From Amphiscolops sp. MND2022 (taxonomy: Eukaryota): a stretch of DNA of 64,000 nucleotides. The stretch is from the NCBI GenBank assembly GCA_964187785.1, contig OZ076409.1, positions 87,484,001-87,548,000 on the forward strand. Direction: 5' to 3'. This document shows positions 62,019 to 64,000 of this stretch, piece by piece (the first letter of the stretch is position 1; every line of letters starts with the position of its first letter). The translations under genes were made by a program, and so were the position numbers. The notes beneath the pieces are model-generated. The model made no database searches. It was not told the origin of the DNA and saw nothing but the letters and a program-made list of their open reading frames with translations.

Positions 62019-63533
62019 TTAGAAGTCAATGAATTCATCTTCGTAAGTGTTTGCCGCGGTTTCTGTTTTTATGTCCTTGCTTCCATAATCGCCATAGTAA
62101 TGCGTGTCATCAGTTGAACCTATTTTGGGTACCCAAGGCGGTGGAATTTTTTGTTCATACATGGCACGCCAGTTGACATCATTGAAGAAAGCCTGCTGTT
62201 TGATTTCTGAAGCACCTTTGGAACTGCACAAACGAGATTTCACATCGATTGTGAACAGTTGAGCCACAGCTGCCTGTAGTTCCAGTGAGAAATTTGATGT
62301 GAATGAGAAGTTCGCATCCAAAATGTTCTGATAAGTACGCTGTCTTGATTCTGCTGCGAAGGGCCCCGTTCCATTCACCAGTTCGAATAACAGAACACCT
62401 GAAGCAATTTATCATCCTTGAAGTAATGACTACTTTTGATAAAATCATTGTTTTTTGAAAACTTCAGATGACAACCGGAGTTCTTTTCTCACAATTTGAG
62501 AACATTAAAATTAAGAATCAGATGTGAACATTTTCAAGCCTACTACAGTAATTAGGAAATTGATTGAATCGTTTTACCAAAAGTATTAAGGACAGCAACG
62601 TGAATAGGACTAGCTGTAGTTTTCGGTCTTAAATTCCACGATCAGCAGCTTTGATGGAAAAATGATGAGCCCTATTGGACATGTAGCATGAACTAACTTA
62701 CCGAATGCCCACCAATCGGCTGGCTTGCCATGACTTTTGCCCTTGACAATCAATTCTGGTGCTAGGTACTCCGGAGTCCCACATAGGGTATTCGTTGTTT
62801 CCCTGCCATTCAAATGTTTCGCGAAGCCAAAGTCGGTCACTGAAAATAACCAAACTTCAAAACAAGATAAGGCGTCAGATCAATTTGAATGCATGGTTGT
62901 GAAACACTTAACTCCAATATGAAATGTTTTCATTTGTCCACAATCCATTTATGCAACGGTTTCCTTGAAGTTTTTTGCATAAGTTCATTTTGTGACTCGC
63001 TTTGTCGAAATATTTTTGTCGCTTCTAATGCCCAGGGGATACCATGAGCTTCAGAAGTTTCTGAAAGTTTAAGTTGATGTCTAGCTCTGTATATTTTCGC
63101 AAGGGACGTTTATCGAGCAGTCGCTCTGAAAGATTTTTAAACTTAGAAGTTGGAAATTCACGTAAATTTCGATGAAGCCCCTGACCTTTAATGTATCCAT
63201 TGGCACTTATGAGAATGTTTTCAGGCTTGATGTCCCTGTAAATGATATCAAGATTGTGAAGATATTCGAGGAAGAGCACCATCTGAGCTCCGTAGAATTT
63301 GACTTGTTTTTCGGGCAGTTTGCCCAATCGATGAACGTAGGAGAACAGTTCGCCTCCGGGGATGAATTTGAGCACCAAGTACACGTTGAGATTGTCTTTG
63401 AAGGATGAAACCAGCTCCACGATTAGGGGGAAGCTCACCCATTCTAGCAAATTGCGTTCTCTGGTCGCGTTGTGATGTTGGTTTGCACGAACAAGATCTG
63501 CCTTGTTCATAACTTTCAATGCGCAGTGCATTC
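62019..63533 (-). CDS. PKA catalytic subunit / PRKX-like kinase, last three exons (63533-63186, 62839-62702, 62398-62019); 5' exons not identified
   Basis: [18 protein letters not shown], spliced [30 protein letters not shown] and terminal FIDF motifs; GT-AG introns join in frame. Confidence 0.92.
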
Positions 63534-64000
63534 CTGAAACGATGGTATGGGAATTTAGCACAGCGGCCTCTTAATTCGGTATTTGAAAAGTCGTGACGCC
63601 AAAACTTCAAAATAGTTCCAACCCCATTTAACTTTTTTAAAACTAAAAACCGATTCGATTTTAAGCTGAATCGGTTCAACCAATTTTTGGACAATAAACA
63701 AATTCGAACGATTATTTTAACTCGAAGTTCCTGGAAACTTCCAAATTTATCAAGGAGGGTTAATTTGACATTGAAGGATGTAAGAAATATTCAAACAAGC
63801 CGGGAACGGCCCAAGTCGGCGCCATATCTAAGGCTCAACAAATTGTGAAATTTTTGGGGAAAATCAAAAAAATGGGGAAAATGAAAACGTTATATCCGAA
63901 CTTTGAAAACGTTACATCCGAACTTTGAAACGTTATATCCGAACTGTTCCTTAAGGGAAAAGGCGCCGACTAAAAATGACGTTTTAACACCGAAGTGAGT

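Overview
Repeat-rich eukaryotic (animal, invertebrate-like) genomic DNA; the organism cannot be identified from the sequence. Most of the window is transposable-element material. (i) A degenerate minus-strand Ty3/gypsy element at 1-~6.9 kb, plus two related LTR remnants. (ii) A young, nearly intact 15.3-kb gypsy element (15279-30565) with 1.9-kb LTRs. (iii) Several decayed LINEs and a second, short-LTR gypsy element carrying nested hAT and MITE insertions. (iv) Two host genes at the right end: an intronless SDHC and the 3' exons of a PKA-like kinase. The main finding lies in the 15.3-kb element. Between pol and the 3' LTR it carries an antisense five-exon gene with four GT-AG, phase-1 introns that splice in frame. 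The gene encodes a ~1174-aa protein with an acidic N-terminus, a BED-like zinc finger and an apparently catalytically dead hAT-transposase-like body, and it sits head-to-head with a second sense ORF. In this family gag starts inside the LTR and reads through the PBS. The second gypsy element has an intact SGNH-esterase-like ORF upstream of gag, with a homolog in a nearby LINE. A hairpin-rich ~180-bp core recurs inside MITEs that have unrelated termini. Family and domain calls come from motif recognition by eye, not database searches.
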